Virus record (IMG/VR): IMGVR_UViG_3300037485_001872
Span: 70,123-134,122 of that record
Source: a virus
Direction: 5' to 3' (one strand)
DNA: 64,000 nt
Shown here: positions 32,931 through 44,200 of the stretch, one piece after another
Layout of the letters: every line of letters starts with the position of its first letter
Numbering within the stretch: the stretch's first letter is position 1
Program-made: the position numbers and the translations under genes
The notes under the pieces: model-generated
What the model saw: the letters and a program-made list of their open reading frames with translations, nothing else
Database searches by the model: none
What the model was told of the DNA's origin: nothing

Positions 32931-35900
32931 TTATCCTACTTTATTTTGTAAATAAGGAAGTTTTGGTATTGTATTTTTATCCACTGTTGGTCTACCGAAT
33001 GGGTCTGTAGTTACATTTTCAAATAGAGTCTGAGCGATATTATACTTAGTTAAGTAGTTATACTTTGCCATTTCATTCTGTTGATTAGCATTAAACCAGT
33101 TGTAAACGTCATTTTGAGTATTAGCCTGTGCCATCAATTGTCTTTCTTCATAATCTAATGCTGCATTATTATTTGTAATTTGTTCATTAGTGTTTTGTTG
33201 AATATTGAAAGCTTGTGCGTTATACTGTTGCTGGGCGTTAAACGAATTAACGTCTCCCACTCCTTTGTTTATAGCCTCATAAGCATTTGCATCTGAGTTA
33301 GCATAAATACTGGCTTGCTGTGCATAAGGCATTTGTGCTATTTGCTGATTGGTGAAGTTTTGTGCTGCAAATATTTGTTGAGCTTGTGGTTCCCAGGTTT
33401 TAGCAATTGGGTTTAAGAATTGATTATGTTGTTGCGTTTTTAAATGCGCAGACATCCCTGTTGGAGGAAGATTATATTGGGAAGGCATTAAAGGTATAGA
33501 AAAAGCTTTCTGATACATATTTGGATTAAAAGCCTCAGTTGTTCCTGTTGTTGTTTCCTCTACTTTTGCTTTCGGAGTAGTTGCTGGTGGTTGTTTAGTT
33601 GCTGGTGGTTGTTTAGTTGCTAAAGCTGCTTTTGCTGCAATCACCCATCTTTCTCCTAACTTATCATCAAACATACCTCCTACAGGCATACCAAATTTTG
33701 TATGCTGTGCATCAATTGCTGCTTTATACTTAGGGTTGTTATATAACTCTTGTTGTATTTTTTTATTGCTTTGGTTTGGATTTATACCTAGTTCTTTTAA
33801 TGCTGCTGTCCATGTTGGTTTATCCCACACACTAGCGTGTAGTTTATCTGTTCCATATGCATATGGTTCCATGGTTTGAGTAGTTGTAGGAGAAGTTGGT
33901 GCTAGGGGTGTTCTTAATGCTTTAACACTAGGGTGCTCTGGATTTATATCTAACAGTTTTATACTTTCATTTGTTACGGGACTATCCTTTGGCATATTTA
34001 TACCTAAGTCATCTATTTCTTTTTGTGTTAAATAAGGACTTTTATCAGGATAGTTTTCTGCCATATATTGTGACCAAACTTTTGGTTCTGGAGTAGTCCC
34101 TCCTGGAGCATACTTCTGTACCCCGCCCATCGCCATCATTCCTTCTTCAGGAGTCATGCCGTGTTTTTTACATAGAGCTCTAAAAGCTGCATCATGCATC
34201 ATACCACCATCTTCAAACTTTGTAACTTCATCTGATTTTGGTTTACTCTCTTCTTGCTTATTGAAAATATAAGAAACAAAAGCACTACGGTTTTCTAATA
34301 GAGGAGCACGTTCTGCTTCCAATTCCATTATTTCCTTTTCTAGAAAATCAAGGTTCATATTTCTTGTCACCTCATCTTTAATATCATCTTGTTTCTTTAC
34401 TTGCTTATAAAGTTCTTCAAGTTCCTCGTTCATTTCATCTAACCCAATGCTATGAGCATATTTATCAATTACGGATGCATATGTATCTGAAGTTTTAACC
34501 TTTAACCCATATTGAGAGTTGATTTCTTTAATTTGCGTAGAAAGCACTTTCAAATTATCTGAAACTATTTTAGTATTAGGTTCTAGTATTACTTTTTCAC
34601 CACCTTGTTCGTGGGTGTTACCTAATACTTTTTGTACAGAGTTATCTGGGTGTTGAATGTACTCGTCCACCTCTACCTCCGAATTAGCCGTATCTTCCAT
34701 GATTTCTGGCATACCTGAAATATATTCATTGGTAGCCACTTTTTCATAAGGAATATCTAACATACCACCGTCTTTAAAGTATTGATATTGTTGTTCTCTT
34801 TGTTTTTTATAGTAGTCGGCTAACACTTGTTGATTTTGTTCTTGAAGTCCCATACCACTTCCAATTGTACGTGCAAGTCCTAAAGCTAAGGAACCTCCTG
34901 CACCAATACCTCTTAAAAGATTAGCTGTTTTTGCTTTTCCTTGTAGTTCTGCTGGTACATTTGTTGGGTCATATGCAATACTTTGTCCTAGTGCAAATCC
35001 TCTACTAGCTAAATCCACACCTTGGCCAAGCATTGGGTTATTAAATAATGTGGCTGCGAAAGAAGGGGGTGTTTTTTTAGGTAATGGTTTATCTGGGGTT
35101 GTATTTGTTACATCTTGTTCCTCTATTTTATAAAGTTCTGGCGTTTGCTTATCCCAATAATTTTCAGGAGGGGTTTGGAATGGTTGTGTTTCCACTGGGG
35201 TATTCCAATTATAATGCTGATTTTTTTGATTTACATCTATGTTGGTATTATACCTAGGTGTACCTGCAAGTGATGTACTATTAACCTCTGTGGCTGGTTG
35301 AGTTGGATTAGTTATAAGATTTCTTCCTAAACTTATTTCATTAGTGGCGGGTACGTCTGGAAAATTAAAGGGTGTATTTATAGGAACCTGCGAAATAGTA
35401 TTAATATTGGATGGGGTTTGATTAATAGAATTATTTAATCCTGTAACATCAATATTACCTGCTAAAGTATTAGATGGGGTTGGATTAGTTATAAGATTTC
35501 TTCCTAAACTTACTTCATTAGTAGTTGGTATATCGGGAAAAGTAAATGGTAAACTATTAGGTGGGGTTGCTGTATTTATTGGTGTGGGATTTCCTATATT
35601 ATTAACAGGAGGTGTATAACTAAAAGGAAGTGTATTCATATTAATCTCCTGGTAATTGGTTGGATTAACTGGGGATGTAGCTCCTTGTTCATACCCAAAC
35701 ATTGGAAATAAGTTAGCCTCTTGTTTATATTGGTCAGTTGTTAAGTCCACTGGAGGAAACTCAAAAGGTGTTGGTGAATTAGTAGGATTAAACCCTATTG
35801 GTTTATTAGAACTATGTACGATGTTATTATTCGTAGGTGGTACATACCCCATATCTCCTTTAAAGTTAGGAACCCCTGGTATTGGGGTATAAGTAGTTGT

Positions 35901-36041
35901 TTCAGGGATTTTTTCCCATTTCGTAGTATAACTACCATCTCCATTAGGATACTTCACCATCTTATATCCTTTATATGGTTTATCTTGGGTCATACCTGCA
36001 TCTCCATAAACTGGAAGAGGATTTTTTAATACTAATTTCAT
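32931..36041 (-). CDS. putative virion cargo protein (1036 aa) with P/T/N-rich N-terminus and xxGG motifs
   Basis: NSEVEVDEYI..P....VLGNTHEQGGE motif; FKDGG, FEDGG, MAMGG, YAPGG; Q/N-rich C-terminus. Confidence 0.7.
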   Translation of the reverse strand: MKLVLKNPLPVYGDAGMTQDKPYKGYKMVKYPNGDGSYTTKWEKIPETTTYTPIPGVPNFKGDMGYVPPTNNNIVHSSNKPIGFNPTNSPTPFEFPPVDLTTDQYKQEANLFPMFGYEQGATSPVNPTNYQEINMNTLPFSYTPPVNNIGNPTPINTATPPNSLPFTFPDIPTTNEVSLGRNLITNPTPSNTLAGNIDVTGLNNSINQTPSNINTISQVPINTPFNFPDVPATNEISLGRNLITNPTQPATEVNSTSLAGTPRYNTNIDVNQKNQHYNWNTPVETQPFQTPPENYWDKQTPELYKIEEQDVTNTTPDKPLPKKTPPSFAATLFNNPMLGQGVDLASRGFALGQSIAYDPTNVPAELQGKAKTANLLRGIGAGGSLALGLARTIGSGMGLQEQNQQVLADYYKKQREQQYQYFKDGGMLDIPYEKVATNEYISGMPEIMEDTANSEVEVDEYIQHPDNSVQKVLGNTHEQGGEKVILEPNTKIVSDNLKVLSTQIKEINSQYGLKVKTSDTYASVIDKYAHSIGLDEMNEELEELYKQVKKQDDIKDEVTRNMNLDFLEKEIMELEAERAPLLENRSAFVSYIFNKQEESKPKSDEVTKFEDGGMMHDAAFRALCKKHGMTPEEGMMAMGGVQKYAPGGTTPEPKVWSQYMAENYPDKSPYLTQKEIDDLGINMPKDSPVTNESIKLLDINPEHPSVKALRTPLAPTSPTTTQTMEPYAYGTDKLHASVWDKPTWTAALKELGINPNQSNKKIQQELYNNPKYKAAIDAQHTKFGMPVGGMFDDKLGERWVIAAKAALATKQPPATKQPPATTPKAKVEETTTGTTEAFNPNMYQKAFSIPLMPSQYNLPPTGMSAHLKTQQHNQFLNPIAKTWEPQAQQIFAAQNFTNQQIAQMPYAQQASIYANSDANAYEAINKGVGDVNSFNAQQQYNAQAFNIQQNTNEQITNNNAALDYEERQLMAQANTQNDVYNWFNANQQNEMAKYNYLTKYNIAQTLFENVTTDPFGRPTVDKNTIPKLPYLQNKVG
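35302..35522. repeat. 44-bp intragenic direct repeat with one mismatch
   Basis: GTTGGATTAGTTATAAGATTTCTTCCTAAACTTAyTTCATTAGT at 35302-35345 and 35479-35522 (TNExSLGRNLITNPT). Confidence 0.85.
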
Positions 36042-36044
36042 TTC

Positions 36045-36170
36045 TTATTTTTTAACTTTACCGCCACATTTCATTTTAGGAACTTTACCACCATTATTCA
36101 TCTTGGTTTTACCTCCACATTTCATTTTTGGCATTGAACATTCCATTTTCTTTGTTGTTTTCTTTTTCAT
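36045..36170 (-). CDS. 41-aa basic micro-protein made of MxxGGK repeats
   Basis: MKKKTTKKMECSMPKMKCGGKTKMNNGGKVPKMKCGGKVKK*; fills the gap between two cargo genes almost exactly; not in the ORF track. Confidence 0.75.
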   Translation of the reverse strand: MKKKTTKKMECSMPKMKCGGKTKMNNGGKVPKMKCGGKVKK

Positions 36171-36174
36171 AATA

Positions 36175-38259
36175 TTAATTTTTAACTTTACCGCCTAATT
36201 TAAATACCTTCTTACCTGTTTTCTTATCCATCAATACATCTCCTTGCCAATACAAAGAACTGTTAAATCTACTAATAGTATAGTCTTTAGAACTACCCTT
36301 TTGAGTTGGTTTGTAAGATTCAAATAATTTTAGTTCTGCTTCCGAGTTATAGGGTACTTCTCTACCCTCAATATTTATACTTCCTATTGGTGTTTTTGGA
36401 GTTGTAATAGTTTCTTGTTGAGGTACAACAGGTGTAATTGGAGTTTCTTTTTTTTGTCTTAATGCCATTTTTCCATTAGGTGCTTTAAACATTTCTAAAT
36501 CCCATTGATTATTTGGGTCAATTACTTTTTTAAGTTTATCGTGTGTTTCATTATACTTATCATCCTCTATTATACCTTCTTTTATTTTATCTTTTTGTTT
36601 TATAATAGGAACTTCTTTTTTTACTACTTTAGGTTTTGGTTGGTATACTACTGGTTGTACTGGTTTTTTAGGAACTAATTCAAACTTATTACCAATTCTA
36701 TAAATATCATATTTATTTGTATCTGCATTTCTAACTTTTATCTCCTCATCTCCGTAATTATTAGTATTAATATCTTGCCAATCTTTTGCTGTAATAAGAT
36801 GTCTTTGTTGTGAGTTTTGATATACTACTGGTTGTATTGGTTCTTTATATACAGGTACAGAAGCTCTATCTGCTGTAAATTTTCCATGTGGATAGTTGTA
36901 GTTATTATAACTAGTTGGTTTTACTTCTACCTCCCTTGCGTTGTAATTTTGTACTAGCTCTCCATCATAATACCCTTTTCTATTTCTTAATTTAAGAATT
37001 GCGTTTTCAGAAAAAAATTTATCATCAGCTAAGAATGAATTATATACCTTTGTACTATCCTGAAAAGCCTTTAATTTTGGGTCATTTAAATCTGTTACTA
37101 TAATAGGTTTTCTATCCTGAGGTTCTCCACCATCTTCCAAGTTTCTCATCATTGGGGCTACTTCTTTATAGTGTTCTGCAAAATAAGCAGCCTCTTCTGG
37201 GGAATTAAAGTGCATTGCCTCTCTATCCGTTGGGGACGCATTTATATTATATTGTAACCCATTGGTTCCTTCTTGAATAAGTGGAACAGCTGAGTTATCC
37301 TGATTACTCATAAAATGTGTACCTGATGCTCCTTCTGGGGGTTGTATATAAAAGGGCTCTCCTTCTTTTCCTGTAAAGGTATATGTTGGAGGATTTGGAC
37401 TCACCATTCTTTTTGCAGAGGGATTACCCATAGCATCTTCCCATGCAATTTTACTCTTAATCATACCTATCATTCCCTTATTATCCCCACCATCTTCAAA
37501 ATATCCTCCATCCTCAGCTACAGAATATTCTGGATTTTGTACTGGGGCTCCTCTTTTCATAGAAACAAATTCTAAATTAAAATCATTTAAAAAATTCATT
37601 TTTCTAGTGTTTTCTTCTTGTTTTGCTAAAAGAATATTTTGGGCTTCTTGTACCTTTATATTCTCTGCTAATTTTTTCTCTGCTTCTACTGTTTGAAGCT
37701 TAGTAGCTTCCATTTGTGCTTTATAATCTGCTAGAAAGGCTGAGTTATCTACTTCTGGAATTGATGGTGTAACTGATGGTGTAATTGATGGAGTAATTGA
37801 GGGAGTATTTGAAAAATATTTTGTTTTTCTACCTGCAAGATTTTTTGCAACCGCATCAACCCCTTCTTCCCAACTTTTAAATCCTCTTGTTGCTCCGTCA
37901 TCTGTATTTCCAACATTACCTGGATTTAATGTTCTTACTGCTTTACCCTTAGTTCCCATACTACTATCTGCGGCCATTATTGATAAAATAACTTCAGGAG
38001 ACACTCCATGTTTTATACTACTATTTATTACCATTTCTCCAGATATTGGAGAATTTGGATATTTAATATTAATAAAAGAAGTTATCTCTTCAGGGTTTGA
38101 AAAGGGATTTAAAGAAGATAAAATAGTACTAACAATTCTTTCATGTTGTGGATTAGTTGCATAAGATTTAATATCATAACCTACTCCTCTACTTACCAAA
38201 ATATTTGGATTTGTAGATGGTATTGCTGCTTTTTCGTTTGCTCCCTTAAACTCTCCCAT
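36175..38259 (-). CDS. putative virion cargo protein (694 aa) with lysozyme-fold (GH73/SLT-like) peptidoglycan hydrolase domain
   Basis: SPISG.M.....KHGVSP..ILSIMAADSSMGT.G......NPGNVG......F.SWEEG.DA; several EDGG motifs. Confidence 0.7.
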   Translation of the reverse strand: MGEFKGANEKAAIPSTNPNILVSRGVGYDIKSYATNPQHERIVSTILSSLNPFSNPEEITSFINIKYPNSPISGEMVINSSIKHGVSPEVILSIMAADSSMGTKGKAVRTLNPGNVGNTDDGATRGFKSWEEGVDAVAKNLAGRKTKYFSNTPSITPSITPSVTPSIPEVDNSAFLADYKAQMEATKLQTVEAEKKLAENIKVQEAQNILLAKQEENTRKMNFLNDFNLEFVSMKRGAPVQNPEYSVAEDGGYFEDGGDNKGMIGMIKSKIAWEDAMGNPSAKRMVSPNPPTYTFTGKEGEPFYIQPPEGASGTHFMSNQDNSAVPLIQEGTNGLQYNINASPTDREAMHFNSPEEAAYFAEHYKEVAPMMRNLEDGGEPQDRKPIIVTDLNDPKLKAFQDSTKVYNSFLADDKFFSENAILKLRNRKGYYDGELVQNYNAREVEVKPTSYNNYNYPHGKFTADRASVPVYKEPIQPVVYQNSQQRHLITAKDWQDINTNNYGDEEIKVRNADTNKYDIYRIGNKFELVPKKPVQPVVYQPKPKVVKKEVPIIKQKDKIKEGIIEDDKYNETHDKLKKVIDPNNQWDLEMFKAPNGKMALRQKKETPITPVVPQQETITTPKTPIGSINIEGREVPYNSEAELKLFESYKPTQKGSSKDYTISRFNSSLYWQGDVLMDKKTGKKVFKLGGKVKN

Positions 38260-41200
38260 TATCTTGTTATATTAGAATTTTCTTGTCCCCATCTGTAAAT
38301 CATCTTGTATTGTGACGTGTAATCTTGAGTTAGGCGAATAGAAAACCAATCTCCCCTCATCCTATCCTGCCATGTTGGTAGATAATTTAAAGCTGAATTA
38401 TTTAATGTTTTTAATATTTGATTACTATCATTTATCCATATAGGGTTGTTAGAAATATCATTTTTAACTCTATTGAACACCATATTAAAATTCCACTTGT
38501 TTTCATTTTCTGTAGTTAAAATATCAGTACTAGTTGTGTTAAATATCGGATATTGCGTATTTTGATATGCGTTATTCTTTTGTGCCACTACTAAATTCAT
38601 ATCCCCACTATTATTATTTTGGTTATACACTACGGCTTTATTAAACCCTATTAACCTGGCTGGGGCATAGTCATTGTTGTAATTTTTATATCTTCTACTA
38701 TCCATCCAATAATTATAAGAAGTAAATACTTTTTGTGAGTATTTTGTAGCAGACCCTATATCAATAATCCATGGATATAATTGATAATTAAATACTTGGA
38801 ATGATGTATTATTTAAAAGATGGTGGCTGTATAAACTACCTGTTGTATTATTATAACCTGATTGGAAGTAATTAGAATAACTAAGATAGAAATTTGGTTT
38901 ATAACTATGGTAACTTACAAAACTATCTTTTAAAACGTCATATGAAATAGTCCAACTTACATTTTCAAAATATGTAGTGTCATCTATACTTATTTTAGTT
39001 AACACTTCCTCTAAATCATCATTCAAAATAGATGTGTAAAATTCTCTATCAATATACTTAATAGTTGCTTCCACAGAGTCCTTTAATTGTCTATCCTGTT
39101 TAGTAATAATAAGTCTACGTAATAGATTATCAAACACCATTGAGATTCCCACACCATTAAATGCATTATCACAATCTAAATCTGTAATACCTTGTACATT
39201 TTTTAGTATCTTGAATGGAAGATGCTTTTTAAACCATTGTCTCATTCCTGAAGACTCTCCTCCTCTTTTAAATGCAGAAATTTCTGTCATTTTTTGTCCC
39301 CCAGCGGCTATTTCAAAAATCCCACCTCTTTTAGCATCAAGGGTGTATAATCCATATTCAGACTTAGTTGAACAATAGTTTTGAGTTCCGAGAAAGCCTG
39401 TGCTTGATATGTTGAATTCTACGGGGCGGGCATTATTAAAAATACCTGTTCCCAATAAATAGTTTTGTTCTGTAAGTCTATCCTTTATATAATCATTAGT
39501 GCTGTTAACTACTGTCAGTTGGTTAGTGAATCTGGCCAATAATTGTTGTGATTCTATTGGGGTGAGGGCTATAAGTTTTCCGTAAGAGCTTGGGAAGTTA
39601 TAAAAATCTAAAGGTTTGTAATTTAAAAACGGATTACTAAAACTATTTTCATTTAAAAATTGCTGAGAAGCTATTACACCATTTGGATATTTAAATCTAT
39701 TAGCCCATGAAGCGGCTGAATAAGTTGATGGAAGAATTCTATATCCACCACCTTGTGGATTCATTGAATATCCTAAGTTATAGAAATAAGTGTTATCCCT
39801 ACCGATAGGTACATTTTTTTGTTGTGTCCACCATACATAATCTCCAGCCTGTGGATAGAACCAATTTTCTGGGGTTGGTTGTGCTGTACGGTAGTTACAA
39901 TTTATTTCTGACTCTACTAAGAATTGAGGAATACCATATGAGTATAAATAAAACTTAGAAGGTTTTCTAATATAGAAATGATTTTCATAACAGTCGAAAT
40001 TATATGTACTTCCTATATCTGGCCAAATTGTACTTAATACACCATTTCCTATCCCTGTACCTGAGTCTAAATCAATATCAAAATTGGCAAACTTATTTAC
40101 ATTTCCTATGTTGTTATACAAACTGTATGCAAATGGAGTTTGATTAGCAAGTCCCATAGCATCCGTTGTAAAAAATGGAAGTTTTCTTTTTAGGGAGAAG
40201 CGGCTTATTTTTGTATCTCCCCCAAATATTATAGTGCTATCACATGCTGAGTTATCTACTGTTAGGTCTCCGCAATAAGATGTTGGTAGCCATTTAATAT
40301 CATCTATATCACCGTATTGCGCAGGAGAATAATTTCCTATTGAAACATACTGTGAGGCAATATTACTGTCTATCTCTTTTTTACTATCACAAACATCTGC
40401 TTCATAGGCTGTTCTTCTACTAGCATTATCTCTATTAGTTGTAACATTATCATAATACCTGTAATCATCTGAGTAAGTTAAAGTAAGTGAGTCTTTAACT
40501 AATTGTGATGTAAAAGGGTCATTTAGTAGGGTATCATTAGCAATAGATAAAAATACAGAACTTTCTCTATCAACATTGTTTATTCTTATCTGAGTAGCAT
40601 CTGGTTCAACTACATTGTATCTCCCCTGCTTTAAATAACGTGATGCTGAAATTCCTCTTAAATAATTTCCTTCAATACTTTGTGCTGTAAAATAGTTATA
40701 CCATCCTGTTGAGGTGTAATAATATGCAAAATTATTTGACTTATCTCCATTTTGTCTGAAAATTGTAAGCCACTCATATCTATATTTTCCTGCTTTATAG
40801 GCTCCTGCCGCTATTGCTTGTGCTATTGATATTGAAGCTACAAACGCTCCACCAATAAGAATACCTTGTAAGTTGGCTCCATTATCTACACCTACTTGAG
40901 TATAAAAAACATTAACATAGTCTAAAAATGCTTGTCCTATTATCAATGCACTTTCTAAGGCTGCCTCGGCCACACCTAGGATTGTCGCTAAATGAAATGC
41001 ATCGGTTCCTAAGATTACATATTTTGGATGGTCTCCCACCTCTCTGAATGTTCCTCTACTCTTACCAAATTGGTATCCTTCGAAAGTTATCTCTGAAGGA
41101 AGTGTTGGTGTACGGAAATGAGTATCAGGACTATGAAATGTCCATCTATTATTTTTATCTCCTCCCTCGTTATTTGTATTGAAAGGGTGGTTTATATATG

Positions 41201-44200
41201 TATTTCTATTTGAATTTGTAAAGTTAAATTGGTCTAGTCCTAAACTATTATAAGGATAGTTTGAGTGGTATACACTTACATCCTCACTACCGTTTTCCTC
41301 TACATTATGATAAACATCATATAGAAGTCCTTTAGCTACAATACTCTTATTTAATGTACGGTCTCCTCTAACTATTTCATAACGTGTTATTTTATCTCTT
41401 AACTCTTGTGTAATTAAAGAGTTTGTAACGGCAATATCTAAGAAGGCATTTATAATAGAATTATCAATGTAAATTCCTAGTGGAAAAATAATACTTTCAT
41501 TAAACCTAACATTCACGGGTGTCATAAACGGTGAAGTTGCATTAGACGGCATTTTATAATGTCGAATAGGGGTGTTATCTAACTTTGCATTTTTTAGAAT
41601 ATAATTACCATCCCCATCTAGGCCATCTTTGAAATATGTTTCAAACTCGTCAGAAAATCCAGATACTTGTGTTGGATTAATTACTAAACCACTACTATCA
41701 TAAAGTTCTTGATTACATGGGTACTTTTCTGTAGACTCTACATATCCAAATTTTCCATATTCAAATGGAATCACTGTACATGGACTTGGTGTAGGAATTG
41801 TAACGTTACATGCCACTTCATATTTAGTAACTTTGTTAAATATAACATCTGCATATGCTATGGAGGATGTTGTGTATTCAATTGGTCTTTGTAGTACGCC
41901 AAAACATCCGCAAGGAGGGTCTATGTAGTATTCTGTGGGGCTCACCGATACATATCTAGAGTCAATTGCTACATATACTATATCTTGACCAAAGTCGGCT
42001 CTAGTTAATGAGATTAAAGCTCCTGTATCTAGGTTTACTAATTGTGAAGGAATGCTAGGTGCTCCTATTACACATGATGTATAAAAAGAAATCCTTACAT
42101 CTCTACTACTTCCTAATGTTTCACTTCCACTTCCACAGACTGTTCCTGATGTAATCTCTAAAATTTTATCTAAATCTGTACCAAAATCGAATTTAAACCA
42201 AATTGCTTTTTTATGTAGATTTGGTGCGAAAAACCCTGGAGTGGCTGTAGCTGTTCTTGAAATATCAGATATACTTAATATATCGGTTCCTTGTAAGTAA
42301 TTTGTATAATATCCTTGGGGGCTAGTAAGTTGTAATGGAACTGCTGTGCTACAAGATTCATTTATAGGAGTATATCTATAATAGGCTGCTCCTGATGTGA
42401 AAGAAGTATCATCCACCTGCGCTGTAGTTCCTGGTTGATAAATATTACAAACAGCGGGTGCTGCTGAAATATTATAATCTGCTAGTACTTTTGTTGTACG
42501 CTCCACCACCTCTTCATTTGGTGGGTCTATATACACCACATCTGCTATAATATGTCTATCTCCTACTATCTCTGCTCCTCTTGTGCAACCTGTTGGTAAT
42601 AAGTTTTCACATGGGGTGATGTCAGCTAGGGCTGCTTGAATTGCTAGTGATAATTGAAGGTTATAATAAATACTAATAGGGTTATTTATATCAGACCAAT
42701 ACTGATTAATAAATTCTTCTAAGTTAGTATATGTTATTGGTAGATTTGCAATATACACACCACTTCCTGCACTATAGTCTGTTTCACTAATACATTCAAT
42801 TGTAGAATTTTCAACTATTACAGTACCTCCTACGGTATTACAACTATCTATATGTGTTGCTGTATCATATAATTGCCATCTTTTATTTCTTTCATTTTCA
42901 ACACATTGTGGGGAAAATTCTGTAAGAGATTGTATATCTTCATTGGTAGTTATTTCTTCAACTTCAGATAGTGTGGCTGGTCTATTTACTAATGAAAATA
43001 CGGCTGACTCATAATCATCATCTGTAAATACACGTATACCAAATGGGTACACTTCATTACGCATGAATCCAGAATATAATGAATCTGCTATTCCATCTTT
43101 ATATAAATCTTCGTTGGCTGCTCCAGATTTCCATCTCAAGAAAGCCCCCATTAAACTAAATACAGGTTGTAAGTTTATTTCTGGTTGAGCTGTTAACCCA
43201 TGGTGAAATAAGTATCCATTATTAAGTACAACACTCTCAGAGGTTAACCACTTAGTTTTTTTAGAAAGTAATTGTAGAAGGGTTGTTCTCTTTTCATTAT
43301 TCTCTGTTGAATAAACTACAGTGGAATCGCTAATTGGATGTACTCCCTCTATGTAATATGTGTTCTCTCCGTTTAAATTAGTATTCTGAATAACGGCAAC
43401 TTTATAATAACCATATGTAACATCTCTATGCTCTACTAATAATTTTATTGCATAATTAGTTTGTGCATTTTGGTCTGGCTGTAATTGAACAATATGTCCT
43501 GTATCAAAAATATTGATGGGTTGTGTGATGCCAAAGTAATCTGAAAGCTCGTTACCTGCCGCATCACAATAAGCTGCTAAAAATGAATAACTTCCTTTTT
43601 TTAATGTGCCGCCATATATAATTTCTTGTGGAGTTATGCATAGTCTTTCTGAATTTTTAAAGATGAGCATCTTCTCGCAGTTTATACACTCTGTACAGTC
43701 TTCGCATTCCTCATCACATCTATCATCCCCTTCACATTGTGTTACATCTCCATCACAGGTTGATGCGAAAATATTATATTGTTCTAAATTTTTAGTATCA
43801 ATAAATCTAGGAGAACTTAAAGCATCTGAGAAATAAAGAACACCATTATGTATTTCAATGTTCTTGATTGGGTAACGGACATCAAATCCTAAACATTTAT
43901 TGCATGTATCAACTATTATTGGATAATAAATACATGTTGCCACTGGGGTTTGTAATTCTAGTGGTGTGTTTAAAATTTCTGTAGTGTTACATCCACATTC
44001 TTCTGGAATATCTTCTAAGCTATTTACTCCCTGGTTCCCAGAAATATATCCCACTTGAGAAACCCTTGTAGTTGGGTGGGTTAAAAGAAAATATGTCTTA
44101 TCCTCCACTATATCGGTTCCAACTCCCACCACTTTAAATCCTGTTGGAAAACTAGCACATAAAATATTAGATGGTTCATTTTGTAAATTTGGCGAATTTC

